Assembly: GCA_964426915.1 (NCBI GenBank)
Contig: CAYRTD010000001.1
Span: 713-64,712 of the forward strand
DNA: 64,000 bases
Origin: an uncultured Bacteroidaceae bacterium
Lineage (GTDB): Bacteria; Bacteroidota; Bacteroidia; Bacteroidales; GCA-2748055
Reading direction: 5' to 3'
This document shows positions 1 to 10,397 of the stretch, piece by piece. Made by a program: the position numbers and the translations under genes. Under the pieces are notes generated by a model that saw nothing but the letters and a program-made list of their open reading frames with translations, searched no databases and was not told the origin of the DNA. The first letter of the stretch is position 1, and each line of letters opens with the position of its first letter.

Positions 1-551
1 CGGAATTCCTCGCGGGCGGATTTTTTCGACTGAATGAGCAGAAAGCTGTGAAAACTATCTTTATACCAGAGAAGGAAAAAGACCAGTATCAATATAAAAA
101 GGAAATTAAAGATGAAGTTTGACGAAAAGCTAATTCCTTTTTTAATGTAGTTCATTGAGCTATCCAGCAGTGAAGGAATATTTTCCTCGATGTCAGCCTG
201 GTTCAGGTTTAGATTCTGATTCACCCAGTTCATGATCTGTTCTATGCCTTCGGTAATTTCCCCGGTAATATTTGGTAATTCACTGATGATACTGCTTAAT
301 TGAAAGGAGACAAGTGTTATTAGCATTCCAAGAACTGTGGCTACACTTAGCAGGGCGAGTAATATTGCTGGTATTTTTCGTTTCACCAGCCGTTCAAAAA
401 AATCACTCACCGGTGCCAGCATCACCGTGAATAGCAATGCAAATGCCAGAGGGGCGAGAATAAACTGTCCCTCCTCCAGCACTATATATCCAAGAGCTAT
501 GATGATTAATATATAAGCTGGACTCTGAAGGGAAGTGACTTTTTTCTCCAT
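1..551 (-). CDS. AI-2E family transporter (PerM-like), N-terminal part; gene continues past the window edge
   Basis: My own minus-strand translation from the ATG at 549-551 gives MEKKVTSLQSPAYILIIIALGYIVLEEGQFILAPLAFALLFTVMLAPVSDFFERLVKRKIPAILLALLSVATVLGML... and stays open to position 1. The multi-TM pattern and the 'LAPxxxFFERL' segment are typical of AI-2E/UPF0118 permeases. It is not in the ORF track because it runs off the edge. Confidence 0.55.
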   Translation of the reverse strand, partial: MEKKVTSLQSPAYILIIIALGYIVLEEGQFILAPLAFALLFTVMLAPVSDFFERLVKRKIPAILLALLSVATVLGMLITLVSFQLSSIISELPNITGEITEGIEQIMNWVNQNLNLNQADIEENIPSLLDSSMNYIKKGISFSSNFIFNFLFILILVFFLLWYKDSFHSFLLIQSKKSAREEF

Positions 552-1014
552 TTTATCTGGTTTTATATGTAAAAATAATTAATTATTGTGAAGTGGCGGA
601 GGAAAAGGTGGGAAAAGAGAGGTGAGGTGGGATATTGTTTAGTTATTTTTATAAAATTTTTAGTACAAAACTTAAGTATATTTACAGTGACGAAAAAGGG
701 CAATAACGGATGGACCCCTCCAAAAATACTGGCACAGGAAATAACAATTGATTTCAAAGACGGTCCGGTTCCATCAATGAAAATGGGAATAGGGTTAGCG
801 CAACCAATGCGGTGCATCTTTCATCTACCAGTTTATAAGAGGAGAGGAATGTGTGAATCATATAATATCTTTATAAAATTGTGTAAAGTATTCGTTTTTA
901 TGATTATCACCTTTGTAAATATTTATCATCTGGTAATGAAGGTAAAAAACCTTGTTTGCATAATTCATTTTAACCAATCAAAAATGCAAATGTAACAAGT
1001 TAAAATATGCTTAA

Positions 1015-1578
1015 ATGCGGATACTTACCTTAATATTATGCGTTATTGTCCTAATTGCCAAAGGATTGCCCTTGATCAACTCGGCAGCCTGGTGGATTAG
1101 AATGTTTGATTTTCCCAGAGTTCAGATTGCTGTCTTAACCTTATTAACCCTAATTCTGGCATATTTATATGTAGATTTCAGATGGATATTTAAGTTACCA
1201 TTGTTGTTAATGCTGGTAGCTTCACTGGTATATCAAATGAAGTTTGTTGTGGTATATACACCCCTTTACAAAACTCAGGCAAAGGATAGCAACAGGCAGA
1301 CAGAAGAAAACAGTTTTACTCTTCTGGTTTCAAATGTGCTTATGGAAAATGATGATAAAGAGAGTTTTCATGCGCTTGTAAAAAAGTATAATCCAGATAT
1401 TCTGCTAATTAATGAACCTGATCAGGTCTGGGCTGCCTCTATCAGTAAGCTTGACGAGGTATTCCATATTCCTAAAGAAAATATTATGCCCGGGAAAAAC
1501 TATATTACTTTTTCCGAAATTCCTTTCTACGACTCGCCGGTTATAATTGCTGATAAATCCTTAATTCCTATAAAATAG
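1015..1578 (+). pseudogene. Endonuclease/exonuclease/phosphatase (EEP) family membrane protein, apparently truncated after about 150 codons
   Basis: It has N-terminal TM helices followed by 'FTLLVSNVLMENDDKESFHALVKKYNPDILLINEPDQVWAASISKLDEVF', which resembles the start of an EEP catalytic domain. The last 37 residues (HIPKENIMPGKNY...) do not resemble the fold. The remaining roughly 200 aa of the domain are absent in every frame up to 1671. Confidence 0.45.
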
Positions 1579-1671
1579 ACGCCGATTTTGCCTGGTAATT
1601 CCGTTTTCACGACCCTGTCATCCGTGATGATTAGTAATTTCCCATTTTAGAAATGCACCCGCTGTCTCCGT

Positions 1672-2043
1672 TTATAACAATCTATACACTATGATCCCGC
1701 TAAAAACCAGGATCAGCACCCATGAAAGCGAATGCAGCCATTTCATAAATTTTTTAGCCGGAGGATTGTAACGTGTGAGCATGCTACCGGTAACGAAGGC
1801 TGCAATTATGGAAATAAGGGTTATAATTATGTACAGCCAATCAATGGTATATATTCCTTTTTCTTTTTGAATGGGATAAACGGTAATAATGAGAAAAATG
1901 ATCGTACCAAGGGCCAGAAGCTTATGAATATTAACAATGCTGCTGGGGTAGGGGGGTTCTTTTCTCTTTAACCATATTCCGGTAACGATAATGAACAGGA
2001 AGATAATTCCGATAATGATAAGAGAGGTTTCAAATGATGTCAT
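1672..2043 (-). CDS. Hypothetical small integral membrane protein (about 4 TM helices)
   Basis: A 123-aa ORF with four hydrophobic stretches. I recognise no domain. Confidence 0.5.
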   Translation of the reverse strand: MTSFETSLIIIGIIFLFIIVTGIWLKRKEPPYPSSIVNIHKLLALGTIIFLIITVYPIQKEKGIYTIDWLYIIITLISIIAAFVTGSMLTRYNPPAKKFMKWLHSLSWVLILVFSGIIVYRLL

Positions 2044-2508
2044 AGTGTGTTTATTTCCAGTAATTAAATGTTATCTATTAAGTTCAGAATACTTTTTTCC
2101 TCTTATACCCTGAACCTCCAATTTAGTTTTCTATATGACAAATATATAGAATTCATATGAAATGCACTGAAAAAAGTTCCGGTATTTATCTGTATATAAT
2201 TGTATCCCGGGCCTTTATCCACCAGATCGAACTTTTTAACTCCCCGTGTATATTAGATTCCTGATTTGTACCTCCGGGAAAATGCACCCGGCTATTTTCT
2301 CTTTCCACTGCTCCTGCCGGAGAACTGAAAACCTTGATAGGATAAGGTCTGTAATTTATTCACTATCCGGAGTTGGCTGAAGTTTTTGCTTGATTTACAC
2401 ATTTTTTCAGGACGGAAAAAAGCCTGATATCATAAAAATTTGGTAATTTCCTTTCTATTTCTGAAATTGCTGCGAAATAACTAATTCCTTAAACTAAATT
2501 TTTAAATT

Positions 2509-2691
2509 ATGGCTGGTAAATCACATTGTAATGCACAATCGGGTGCTGTATATGGATTAGGTTTTATAGGAGCTTCTATATATTATATTTCTGTTGCCAC
2601 CAGCTTCTGGATGGGGGCAATTGGAATACTAAAAGCAATTGTTTGGCCGGCATTTCTGGTTTATGAGCTACTGATGAATTTTGGAGGTTAG
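2509..2691 (+). CDS. Hypothetical 60-aa membrane protein (2 TM)
   Basis: The ORF has two clear hydrophobic helices (GLGFIGASIYYISVA, GAIGILKAIVWPAFLVYELL). It has its own ATG and follows a 465-bp non-coding leader. Confidence 0.4.
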   Translation: MAGKSHCNAQSGAVYGLGFIGASIYYISVATSFWMGAIGILKAIVWPAFLVYELLMNFGG

Positions 2692-2707
2692 GATAATTAT
2701 CCTTTTT

Positions 2708-4204
2708 TCACTCTTCCTGTTCCCAGTTACCGGTACGCTTAACTGCTTTCATCCATTTCAGTTTCATGTCTACGGTTGTCTCCGGGCTTTTTTGTGGCTG
2801 GAAGGATTTTTCTATTTGCCATTGTTCTTTTAATTCTTCTATATCTTTCCAGTATCCTGTTGCCAGTCCGGCAAGATATGCAACTCCCAGAGCCGTAGTT
2901 TCGTGAATTTTTGGTCTCACAACAGGAAGCTTAAGAATATCAGCCTGGAACTGCATGAGCAAATCATTTACTGATACTCCGCCATCAACGCGTAATTCTT
3001 TAAGATCTATTTTGGTTATCTCGCGCATTTCCTCCATAACATCCATTGTCTGGAATGCAATAGATTCCAGTGCAGCCCTGGCTATGTGATATTTATTTGA
3101 GGAGCGTCCAAGGCCAAAGATGGCCCCCCGGGCATGGGGATCCCAGTGTGGGGCCCCAAGTCCGGTGAATGCGGGAACCATGTACACTCCACCATTATCA
3201 GGAACCTCCCTGGCAAGTTTCTCAACATCCGAAGATTTCTTTATTATTCCCAACTCATCGCGTAACCATTGAACAACTGTTCCGGCATTGAAAATACTTC
3301 CTTCCAGGGCATAGGTCACCTTGTTTCCGATTTGCCAGGCCAGGGTTGTAACCATGGAAGTTTTTGCATCATAGGGTTGATCGCCTGTATTCATTAAAAC
3401 AAAACAACCGGTACCGTATGTGTTTTTTACCATTCCTTTCCCGAGGCATAGCTGGCCGAAAAGTGCTGCCTGCTGGTCTCCCGCCACACCGGCAAGAGGG
3501 ACTTTGGAGGAGAAAAATGTTGTACTGGCAACATCAAAAATCCCGCTGGAAGGACGTACATCGGGCATCATGGAATGTGGTAGGTCAAATAATTCCAGTA
3601 ATTCATCATCCCATTTCATTTCGTGAATATTGAAAAGAAGGGTGCGACTGGCGTTGGTAACATCTGTGGCATGTAATCTGCCCTGGGTAAGCTTCCACAT
3701 AAGCCAGGAATCTACAGTACCGAAAGCGAGTTTGCCCTGTTTTGCCTTTTGCTCTGCTCTGGGCACATTGTCGAGTATCCACTTGATTTTTGTTGCACTA
3801 AAGTAAGAATCGATCAAAAGACCGGTTTTTTTTCTTATTGCCGGTCCATGACCTTCTTCTATAAGCTTTCTGCAATGAGAGGCAGTGCGCCTATCCTGCC
3901 AGACAATAGCATTGTAAACCGGTTCACTTGTTTCACGATCCCATACTATCGTGGTTTCCCGCTGATTGGTTATTCCGATACCCGCAAGGTTTTTTCCGTT
4001 GATACCATGTTTTGACATAACCTCCATGGCAACGGACACCTGGGATGACCATATATCGTTAGGATTATGTTCCACCCATCCATCGCGGGGGAATATTTGT
4101 TTAAATTCTTTATGGGAAACAGAACGCATCTGTCCTTTATTGTCAAATAAAATAGCGCGGGAGCTCGTTGTGCCCTGATCAAGTGCAAGGATAAATTGTT
4201 CCAT
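2708..4204 (-). CDS. glpK: Glycerol kinase
   Basis: A 498-aa protein with the N-terminal '[16 protein letters not shown]' FGGY kinase signature. The overall length and sequence are typical of GlpK. Confidence 0.96.
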   Translation of the reverse strand: MEQFILALDQGTTSSRAILFDNKGQMRSVSHKEFKQIFPRDGWVEHNPNDIWSSQVSVAMEVMSKHGINGKNLAGIGITNQRETTIVWDRETSEPVYNAIVWQDRRTASHCRKLIEEGHGPAIRKKTGLLIDSYFSATKIKWILDNVPRAEQKAKQGKLAFGTVDSWLMWKLTQGRLHATDVTNASRTLLFNIHEMKWDDELLELFDLPHSMMPDVRPSSGIFDVASTTFFSSKVPLAGVAGDQQAALFGQLCLGKGMVKNTYGTGCFVLMNTGDQPYDAKTSMVTTLAWQIGNKVTYALEGSIFNAGTVVQWLRDELGIIKKSSDVEKLAREVPDNGGVYMVPAFTGLGAPHWDPHARGAIFGLGRSSNKYHIARAALESIAFQTMDVMEEMREITKIDLKELRVDGGVSVNDLLMQFQADILKLPVVRPKIHETTALGVAYLAGLATGYWKDIEELKEQWQIEKSFQPQKSPETTVDMKLKWMKAVKRTGNWEQEE

Positions 4205-4553
4205 AATATCTGATTTATGTCATGAAGGCTCTAACCTGTATTATTCACAAAAAATGAATCAAAATATTATTTGTATATCAATACAATGCTAATAGGTGTT
4301 AAACTAATTTATTCATTTTTACAATTGCGACAATTTCAGTACATCTGTGATGTTTTGAAGCCCATGAAACAGAAAGCTATATCTTCAGATGCCGCCGCCT
4401 GGCATCTGCCCAAAACTTATTGCATGAATAATACAGGCTAAGGTACACATATATTTCCCGGTTTATTTTTCTGTTTACCCCCATTCCAAATATTAGTTTC
4501 CCTGAACTCGAAAGCCGGCTTTTGAATAAGTCACCATACATTATGAAAAAATA

Positions 4554-6113
4554 CTAATGCAAAATGTATTTCTTTGCCAGTATTTCAAAGTCTTTTACTT
4601 CATTCACCACCCAGGTCTTATCCTTTTTTAGTTCCTTTGCCATAATCTCTGCTACCGGCCGGGCTATTTTTATTGCTTCACGGGCATCAAGCAAGAGAGC
4701 TCTAGTCCTTCTTGCAAGAATATCTTCGGGTTTTACAGCCATTTCATGTCTCACGGCGTAAACGATCTGTGCAGTGAAAATTTTTAATTTTTCACTTATC
4801 ATCCCGGAATATCCTGGTTCTTGCTGAATTTCCTTTATTTTATCCGCTTCCTTTCCATAAAGGCAGAGTGGGTCAGAGGGGTTTAGCTGTTTTTTATAAC
4901 CGGAAAGTTTCAATTTTGCCGTGACAGATCGGGTAGGGGGGAGCCCGCTGTTCTTTTCTGCACGATGGACGAGATCTTCTGCCATTTTCCTGTATGTGGT
5001 CCACTTTCCGCCAATAATTGTCAGTAATCCGGAATCTGAGACCATGATCTTGTGACTTCTTGATATTTCTTTGGTTTTCTCAGAATCGTCGACGGCAGCC
5101 AGTGGCCTTAGCCCTGTAAAAACACTGAGTACATCCTTACGCGAAGGTGACTTTGTCAGATATTTCGATGCGGTATCGAGGATGAATTTAATTTCTTCCT
5201 CCATTGCCTCGGGTTCCAGTGAAGCTTTTTCTATGGGTGTGTCGGTTGTACCAACAACAACCTTACCGAGCCATGGAACCGCAAATAAGACACGGCCATC
5301 TTTCGTTTTGGGAATCATAAGTGCATGATCTCCCGGAAGAAATTTCCCGGATATTACAAGGTGAATCCCCTGTGAAGGCTGGATGGTTCTTTTCATTCCG
5401 GGTTTATCCATATGCATGATTTCATCGGCGAAAACTCCTGTGGCATTAACGATATGATCAGCCTCAATGGTAAATAGTTCTTCTTTAATAAGATCTTTGG
5501 TTTTTACCCCGGTGAGTTTGTCCTGATCATTTTTAAGAAGACCGGTAACAGGCATATAGTTAATAGCTGCCGCTCCCTTTGTGATTGCTGTCTGCAATAG
5601 ACTCATGGCGAGCCGGGAATCATCAAACTGTCCGTCGTGATATCTGATGCCGGCTCTTAAATTCATGGGATTAAGTGCAGGTAGTTCAGATAATGTTTTT
5701 TTCCTGGTAATTCTTGCTGAAGGTCCAAGGCTAAAATTTCCTGCCAGGAGATCATAAAATTTTAATCCCAGCGTATAAAGTATTTCATCAAAGAAAGAAT
5801 ATACCGGAATAATGAATGTTTGATCTTTTACTATATGGGGTGCATTATTTTTTAATCTTCCTCTTTCAATGCATGCTTCACGAACTAATCCTAAGTTTCC
5901 CTGTGCCAGGTAACGCACCCCGCCATGAACAAGCTTGGTGCTTTTGCTGGAGGTGGATTTTGTAAAATCGGATGCTTCGAGAAGAATAGCTGAATAACCA
6001 CGTGTTACGGCTTCAAGTAAAATCCCGATTCCTGTTGCTCCTCCTCCGATAATGGCAAAATCGTACTTTTTGTTGTCAAATATGATCTTCCCGGAAACCC
6101 TGTCTCTTATCAT
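4554..6113 (-). CDS. glpD: FAD-dependent glycerol-3-phosphate dehydrogenase
   Basis: A 519-aa protein with the 'FDFAIIGGGATGIG' FAD fold, 'KLVHGGVRYL' and 'IIGGKWTTYRKMAED' motifs. It lies adjacent to glpK. Confidence 0.92.
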   Translation of the reverse strand: MIRDRVSGKIIFDNKKYDFAIIGGGATGIGILLEAVTRGYSAILLEASDFTKSTSSKSTKLVHGGVRYLAQGNLGLVREACIERGRLKNNAPHIVKDQTFIIPVYSFFDEILYTLGLKFYDLLAGNFSLGPSARITRKKTLSELPALNPMNLRAGIRYHDGQFDDSRLAMSLLQTAITKGAAAINYMPVTGLLKNDQDKLTGVKTKDLIKEELFTIEADHIVNATGVFADEIMHMDKPGMKRTIQPSQGIHLVISGKFLPGDHALMIPKTKDGRVLFAVPWLGKVVVGTTDTPIEKASLEPEAMEEEIKFILDTASKYLTKSPSRKDVLSVFTGLRPLAAVDDSEKTKEISRSHKIMVSDSGLLTIIGGKWTTYRKMAEDLVHRAEKNSGLPPTRSVTAKLKLSGYKKQLNPSDPLCLYGKEADKIKEIQQEPGYSGMISEKLKIFTAQIVYAVRHEMAVKPEDILARRTRALLLDAREAIKIARPVAEIMAKELKKDKTWVVNEVKDFEILAKKYILH

Positions 6114-6159
6114 GAAATTTTTGTAGTAAAGATAGCAGTTTTCATGAAGAAGACACTAG

Positions 6160-7074
6160 CTATTTTTTTCTGGCAACTATTTCAAGAGCTTCTTTTGCCG
6201 GTGTAGGTTTAATTTTAAATTTTTTCTCAAATTTTGTGCTGTTGAAGAGATAATCCCTGTCGTATTGATAGAGCATTTCTTTAAACTCCTTCATTACAGG
6301 TACGAATATTCCCAGCGGTCCCAGCATGTAAGATTTTAAAACGGTAATCTTCGGTTTTGTTTTTAGAATATCGCCGGCCATTTCCACCCATTGCCGGCCT
6401 GTATAGGGTGTCTGATCGACCGGTAAATGCCAGGTCTGGTTATAGGCCTCTTCAGTATTTCCCAGCAGGGCTGTGGCTTTTGCTGCGTCCGGGGTATATA
6501 TGAAATTATGAACTTTATCGGCATCGGCGAACCACATGGCACTTTTCCCTTTTTTCAAATTTTTAATTACCATCTCGTGCATAACAGAATTATGAATGCT
6601 CAGAAAATCGGGGGCACGTGCAATAAGTGCTGTTAGTTGTCCACTCTTAACCTCGGTATTTATTCTTTCGCTCAGTTCTTTTCTAACTTGTCCCTTTTTA
6701 CTTACAGGTCTTAAGGGTGTATCCTCTGTCATTCCATTAAGGTAATCAGGATCATAGGCGTATATATTATCAAAAAACACCAGTTTTGCCGAATTCTTCT
6801 TACAGGCTGAGATTACCGCGTCCATAAATTTGGGCCAGTTTTCCCTCCAGACTTTCGCTTTGTATTCAAACCCGATAACAACATACACAATGTCTGAGCC
6901 TTCCACAGCTTTGTCGACCTGAGCGGGATCGGTCAGATCGGCAGGAAATGGATGATCTGAAGGGTTTACAGGTTTCGGGTCCCTGCTAACAAGACGTATG
7001 TTTTTGGTGTAAATGTAAAGTTCTTTGGCCAGATATGTACCAATGGCTCCACCAGCTCCGAGTATTGTTTGCAT
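6160..7074 (-). CDS. NAD-dependent epimerase/dehydratase-family (extended SDR) protein
   Basis: It has an N-terminal 'ILGAGGAIGTYLAKEL' Rossmann motif and is 304 aa long. Confidence 0.75.
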   Translation of the reverse strand: MQTILGAGGAIGTYLAKELYIYTKNIRLVSRDPKPVNPSDHPFPADLTDPAQVDKAVEGSDIVYVVIGFEYKAKVWRENWPKFMDAVISACKKNSAKLVFFDNIYAYDPDYLNGMTEDTPLRPVSKKGQVRKELSERINTEVKSGQLTALIARAPDFLSIHNSVMHEMVIKNLKKGKSAMWFADADKVHNFIYTPDAAKATALLGNTEEAYNQTWHLPVDQTPYTGRQWVEMAGDILKTKPKITVLKSYMLGPLGIFVPVMKEFKEMLYQYDRDYLFNSTKFEKKFKIKPTPAKEALEIVARKK

Positions 7075-7430
7075 AATTTTGTTTTTTTTAGCCTTTTTAC
7101 AAGCCTAACAAGTATAATGTAGTATTGTTTATCTTGAATTTGTCCGGTTATTTTTTTTTATCTCTTTGCGGATTCTGTTCGCTGAGAAAATACCCCCCTG
7201 AGCCGCCCCGAAAAGTGAATATTATGACAATCCCGTTAAAACTGTGGGAACCAGAAGCGGATGAGTAGTTATAAATAAGAGATTTGGTAAGGTCTCCTTT
7301 ACTGCCATATTTCTAATTCTGGCAGAATATTTTCAGCTCTACTTCCATTCAGATCTGGACCTTTGGCGAAACTTTTTAAGATTTAATTTGTTTTCAGCCT
7401 GAAGACCAAGTATCACAAAAACAGGATAAA

Positions 7431-8093
7431 ATGCAAAAAGCTATTATAATCGGCTCTACGGGTCTGGTAGGGAAGGAAGTTTTAAGGGCCAGCCTCTCAG
7501 ATCCTTACTTCAGTAGTGTTACGATTTTTGTAAGAAGGCCCACTGGCATCAGTCATCCCAAATTAACTGAGGAGATTGTGGATTTTAACAATATGGAAGA
7601 CTGGAGGGCCCTGATAAATGGCGATGTTCTTTTTTCGGCAATGGGGACGACCCTGAAAAAAGCCGGCAGTAAAGATGCACAGTACAAGGTAGATTATACA
7701 TATCAATATAGGGTGGCTGAAGCAGCATCCGAAAATGGAGTGCCCGATTATGTTCTTGTTTCAGCTCCTGGAGCTTCTGCCGGGTCAATGATCTTTTATT
7801 CCCGGATAAAGGGTGAATTGGACCGGGATGTCAAAAAACTGAAATTCCGGCGTATAATTTTAATTAAACCCTCTATTCTTGAGGGAGATCGGGATGAGGA
7901 ACGGTCCGGTGAGAAATTGGGAATAAAATTCGCCAACCTGTTCAAAGATGTTCCTTTCCTGAAGAAATACCGGCCTGTTCACGGAAAGACGGTTGCTTCT
8001 GCTATGATAAATGCAGTTAAGTCGGACAAAGATGACAGGGTACAGGAATATGTTCTGGATGAATTGTTTGAGCTTTCCGAATATACGGATTAA
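7431..8093 (+). CDS. NAD(P)H-binding oxidoreductase (atypical SDR, HTATIP2-like)
   Basis: It has an N-terminal 'AIIIGSTGLVGKEVL' Rossmann motif and is 220 aa long. Confidence 0.75.
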   Translation: MQKAIIIGSTGLVGKEVLRASLSDPYFSSVTIFVRRPTGISHPKLTEEIVDFNNMEDWRALINGDVLFSAMGTTLKKAGSKDAQYKVDYTYQYRVAEAASENGVPDYVLVSAPGASAGSMIFYSRIKGELDRDVKKLKFRRIILIKPSILEGDRDEERSGEKLGIKFANLFKDVPFLKKYRPVHGKTVASAMINAVKSDKDDRVQEYVLDELFELSEYTD

Positions 8094-8095
8094 GT

Positions 8096-8300
8096 AGTGT
8101 CTGTCCATAATGTCCAATATCTGCTTGTGAAGCCCCAAAAAGCGGAGTTTACCGGTGTAAATGAGCATTTTTCAGGCGAGCATAACGCAGATGAGGCTGT
8201 CTAAGAAGTAATAATCATTTAGCCGAACTGATCCCGGGCATTAGCCGAGGGATCTCATCAGCGGTATTCGTGAGCTCAGCGAAAGCAGTAGTGATGCTGC
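8096..8300. repeat. Intergenic mosaic repeat, copy A; it fills the whole gap between two convergent genes
   Basis: 8096-8124 is 28/29 identical to the reverse complement of 27312-27340. 8137-8192 is 53/56 identical to 27262-27317. 8199-8220 'gtctaagaagtaataatcattt' matches 59481-59502 with one mismatch. The tail 'tcagcggtattcgtgagc...gatgctgc' resembles 56073-56140. Confidence 0.8.
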
Positions 8301-9185
8301 TTAAAAAATATACTCAATTCTTACCCTGTAAACATCTCCCTTCCGGGTGAAAAAGAGGTGTTTTCCATCCGGTGACAGGGCTGGGTTTGTTTCGGTACGG
8401 GTCTTATTTATGTTTTCATTCAGTTTTTGGGCCGGGGTCCATACACCCTGAGAAGTTTTGAAGCTTATATAAAGATCGGTATTTCCATAACCTGAGGTCT
8501 GACCTTCAAATACCAGAATGTTTTCATCGGCTGAGATAAAAGGGTTGGTTGCACCGGCCACAGAATTGATTTCCTTCGGCAGGTAGACGGGCTCCTGGTA
8601 GGTTCCGTTTTTCAATTCGGAATAGAAGATGCCCATTTTCTTATCCCGGAAAGAAGAAAAATATAGAGTACCTTCTGATGTGGAGCTTATGCTATTGATC
8701 CAGCTTGCATTCAGAATGTTTTCATGATAGCGGGGTTTTCCCCATGAACCATTTGTGCGTTCAACTTTCCATATCTCGCCAATAAAGGGAGTAATGCCCG
8801 GCTTTCTTCTTTCCGAGAAAAAAAACAAGGACTGTCCGTCGTTGGAAAAAGCCGGTTCTGATTCATTTGACTTACTTGCAAATGAAGGTTTTGCCGCTTT
8901 TGTCCATGTATCCCCTTCTTTTCTGAGGTAGAGCAAAAAACTTTGTTTTTCTCCTTCTTCATCTGTAAGATAGCGGGTAAAAAATATTTCCTTTCCATCG
9001 GGCGAAAAGGCGATTCCTTCTTCATGGTTATTTTCAGTGGAGATCAGACCGGGGGCAAAAAGACGGGGAATGCTGTCGGGAATCAAGGGGTCGAGATATT
9101 CCTGTGAAGAGCTGAAAATAAATATGAAGGCAAAAGCAGTAAAAGCTATCAGGGATTTGTATTTTTTGTATATCATTCTGAACAT
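8301..9185 (-). CDS. PD40/TolB-like beta-propeller repeat protein, secreted
   Basis: It has a signal-like N-terminus and repeated 'SPDGKxxFF' / 'SNDGQSLFFFS' / 'LSPDGKHLFFTR' WD40-like (PD40) units. Confidence 0.7.
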   Translation of the reverse strand: MFRMIYKKYKSLIAFTAFAFIFIFSSSQEYLDPLIPDSIPRLFAPGLISTENNHEEGIAFSPDGKEIFFTRYLTDEEGEKQSFLLYLRKEGDTWTKAAKPSFASKSNESEPAFSNDGQSLFFFSERRKPGITPFIGEIWKVERTNGSWGKPRYHENILNASWINSISSTSEGTLYFSSFRDKKMGIFYSELKNGTYQEPVYLPKEINSVAGATNPFISADENILVFEGQTSGYGNTDLYISFKTSQGVWTPAQKLNENINKTRTETNPALSPDGKHLFFTRKGDVYRVRIEYIF

Positions 9186-9285
9186 GCATTTGATTGTGTA
9201 AAAATAAACTCTTGTTATGTTAATATCAATTGGCTTAATTTTGTCAGTATCCTCAGGAACCTCTATAAAAATAACTCATTAATAG

Positions 9286-9861
9286 TTAATTTATTTTCCG
9301 TCCTGCAATACAGACCGAGTCGTTGGGAAATACTTCACTATAGATGTGTGAGCATAAAATTTCAAAGCTTTCTGCAAACATAGATTCCAGGAAATTCTTT
9401 CTGTAATAGACAAAACGAAGACCGCTGAGGATATCCTCCCGGTCACCTTCCCAGAAACTGTGAATAACGATCCCGCGGGCATTCAGAATTTCGTACTGAC
9501 GTTTAATAGATTCTGATAATTCCTTTTTCGAAAGATGATGTAATACTTTATTGGAGAAGATACAATCGAAATGCTGATCGGTTTTGATACTATGGGCATC
9601 CAGAATATATGCTTCAGCAGCGGGATTTTTTTCTTTATACATGTCAATAAATTCCTTTGACAGATCAGATCCGGTTACTTTGTAGTTAAGGGAAAGTTGA
9701 TCCATATCCTTTCCGGGTCCCATACCGAGTTCGAGAATTGAAGCCCCCGGAGTCAGAAAAGTTTCTGTTTTTTCAATCAGGACCTTTCCATTGTAAGGTT
9801 CTGCCATCCGGATGTAATCGAGAACATTCTTCTTTTCATTATAATAGAATTTTTTTTTCAT
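9286..9861 (-). CDS. Class I SAM-dependent methyltransferase
   Basis: It carries the 'ILELGMGPGKD' motif I. I moved the start to the internal ATG at 9859-9861 (MKKKFYYNEKK...) because the track's longer ORF overlaps the upstream gene and adds a basic, low-complexity extension. Confidence 0.8.
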   Translation of the reverse strand: MKKKFYYNEKKNVLDYIRMAEPYNGKVLIEKTETFLTPGASILELGMGPGKDMDQLSLNYKVTGSDLSKEFIDMYKEKNPAAEAYILDAHSIKTDQHFDCIFSNKVLHHLSKKELSESIKRQYEILNARGIVIHSFWEGDREDILSGLRFVYYRKNFLESMFAESFEILCSHIYSEVFPNDSVCIAGRKIN

Positions 9862-9878
9862 TGTTATGTGATGCTCCC

Positions 9879-10328
9879 CTATTTCCCTTCTTCCAGTTCT
9901 TTTCTGAGATTTCTTTCCATTTCCTCTTTTGAAAGTTTTTCCACAACTTCTGCGATTCTCCACTGTACCCCCTGAAGATCTTTTACAGTGGCTTCTTTCA
10001 GACCATAAAATTTCAATTCAGGCTTGGAAAGAGATTCGGCTTCCTGCTCCAGTGCCAACAAATATGTGGCCTGAACATCATGGGTGTAAACATATACCAC
10101 GGCTTCAATTAGAGGAAATCCTTTCTTTACTTCCCCAATCATGATAACTGAATTACGGATCCTGGCTTCGCCATGGATAAGATGTCCATCCGGATGATAA
10201 ACTCTTTCTATAATTTCTGCGCCAAATACATTTTCAATGAAATTCAGTTCTCCTTCAATATCGCTAACCATAAGGTAGGGACAGGCAACATTGCGACCAT
10301 CAAGGGCAGGACTTTTTGTATTTTTCAT
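9879..10328 (-). CDS. VOC/glyoxalase-bleomycin-resistance family protein
   Basis: A 149-aa protein whose 'PYLMVSD...FYxxxFGAE' beginning and 'HGEARIRNSVIMIGE' segment are typical of VOC-fold proteins. Confidence 0.65.
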   Translation of the reverse strand: MKNTKSPALDGRNVACPYLMVSDIEGELNFIENVFGAEIIERVYHPDGHLIHGEARIRNSVIMIGEVKKGFPLIEAVVYVYTHDVQATYLLALEQEAESLSKPELKFYGLKEATVKDLQGVQWRIAEVVEKLSKEEMERNLRKELEEGK

Positions 10329-10397
10329 TTATTCATTTTATTTCTTATGCCTTTTTACAAGGAATGCTCAGGGTATATACCCAAAGTACTTTTAGGA

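Noticed and set aside
563-995. Two mutually overlapping ORFs (563..817 minus, 588..995 plus) in the gap between the AI-2E gene and the EEP-like gene.
   Set aside because: They overlap each other on opposite strands and start in a purine-rich low-complexity tract. Their composition is odd (Cys- and Phe-rich) and I recognise no domain. They are most likely non-coding promoter region. I also saw no riboswitch core there.
9862-9963. N-terminal extension of the methyltransferase ORF (MENRRSCGKTFKRGNGKKSQKRTGRREIGEHHIT...).
   Set aside because: It overlaps the 3' end of the upstream VOC gene and is basic and low-complexity. The methyltransferase fold begins after the internal Met at 9861.
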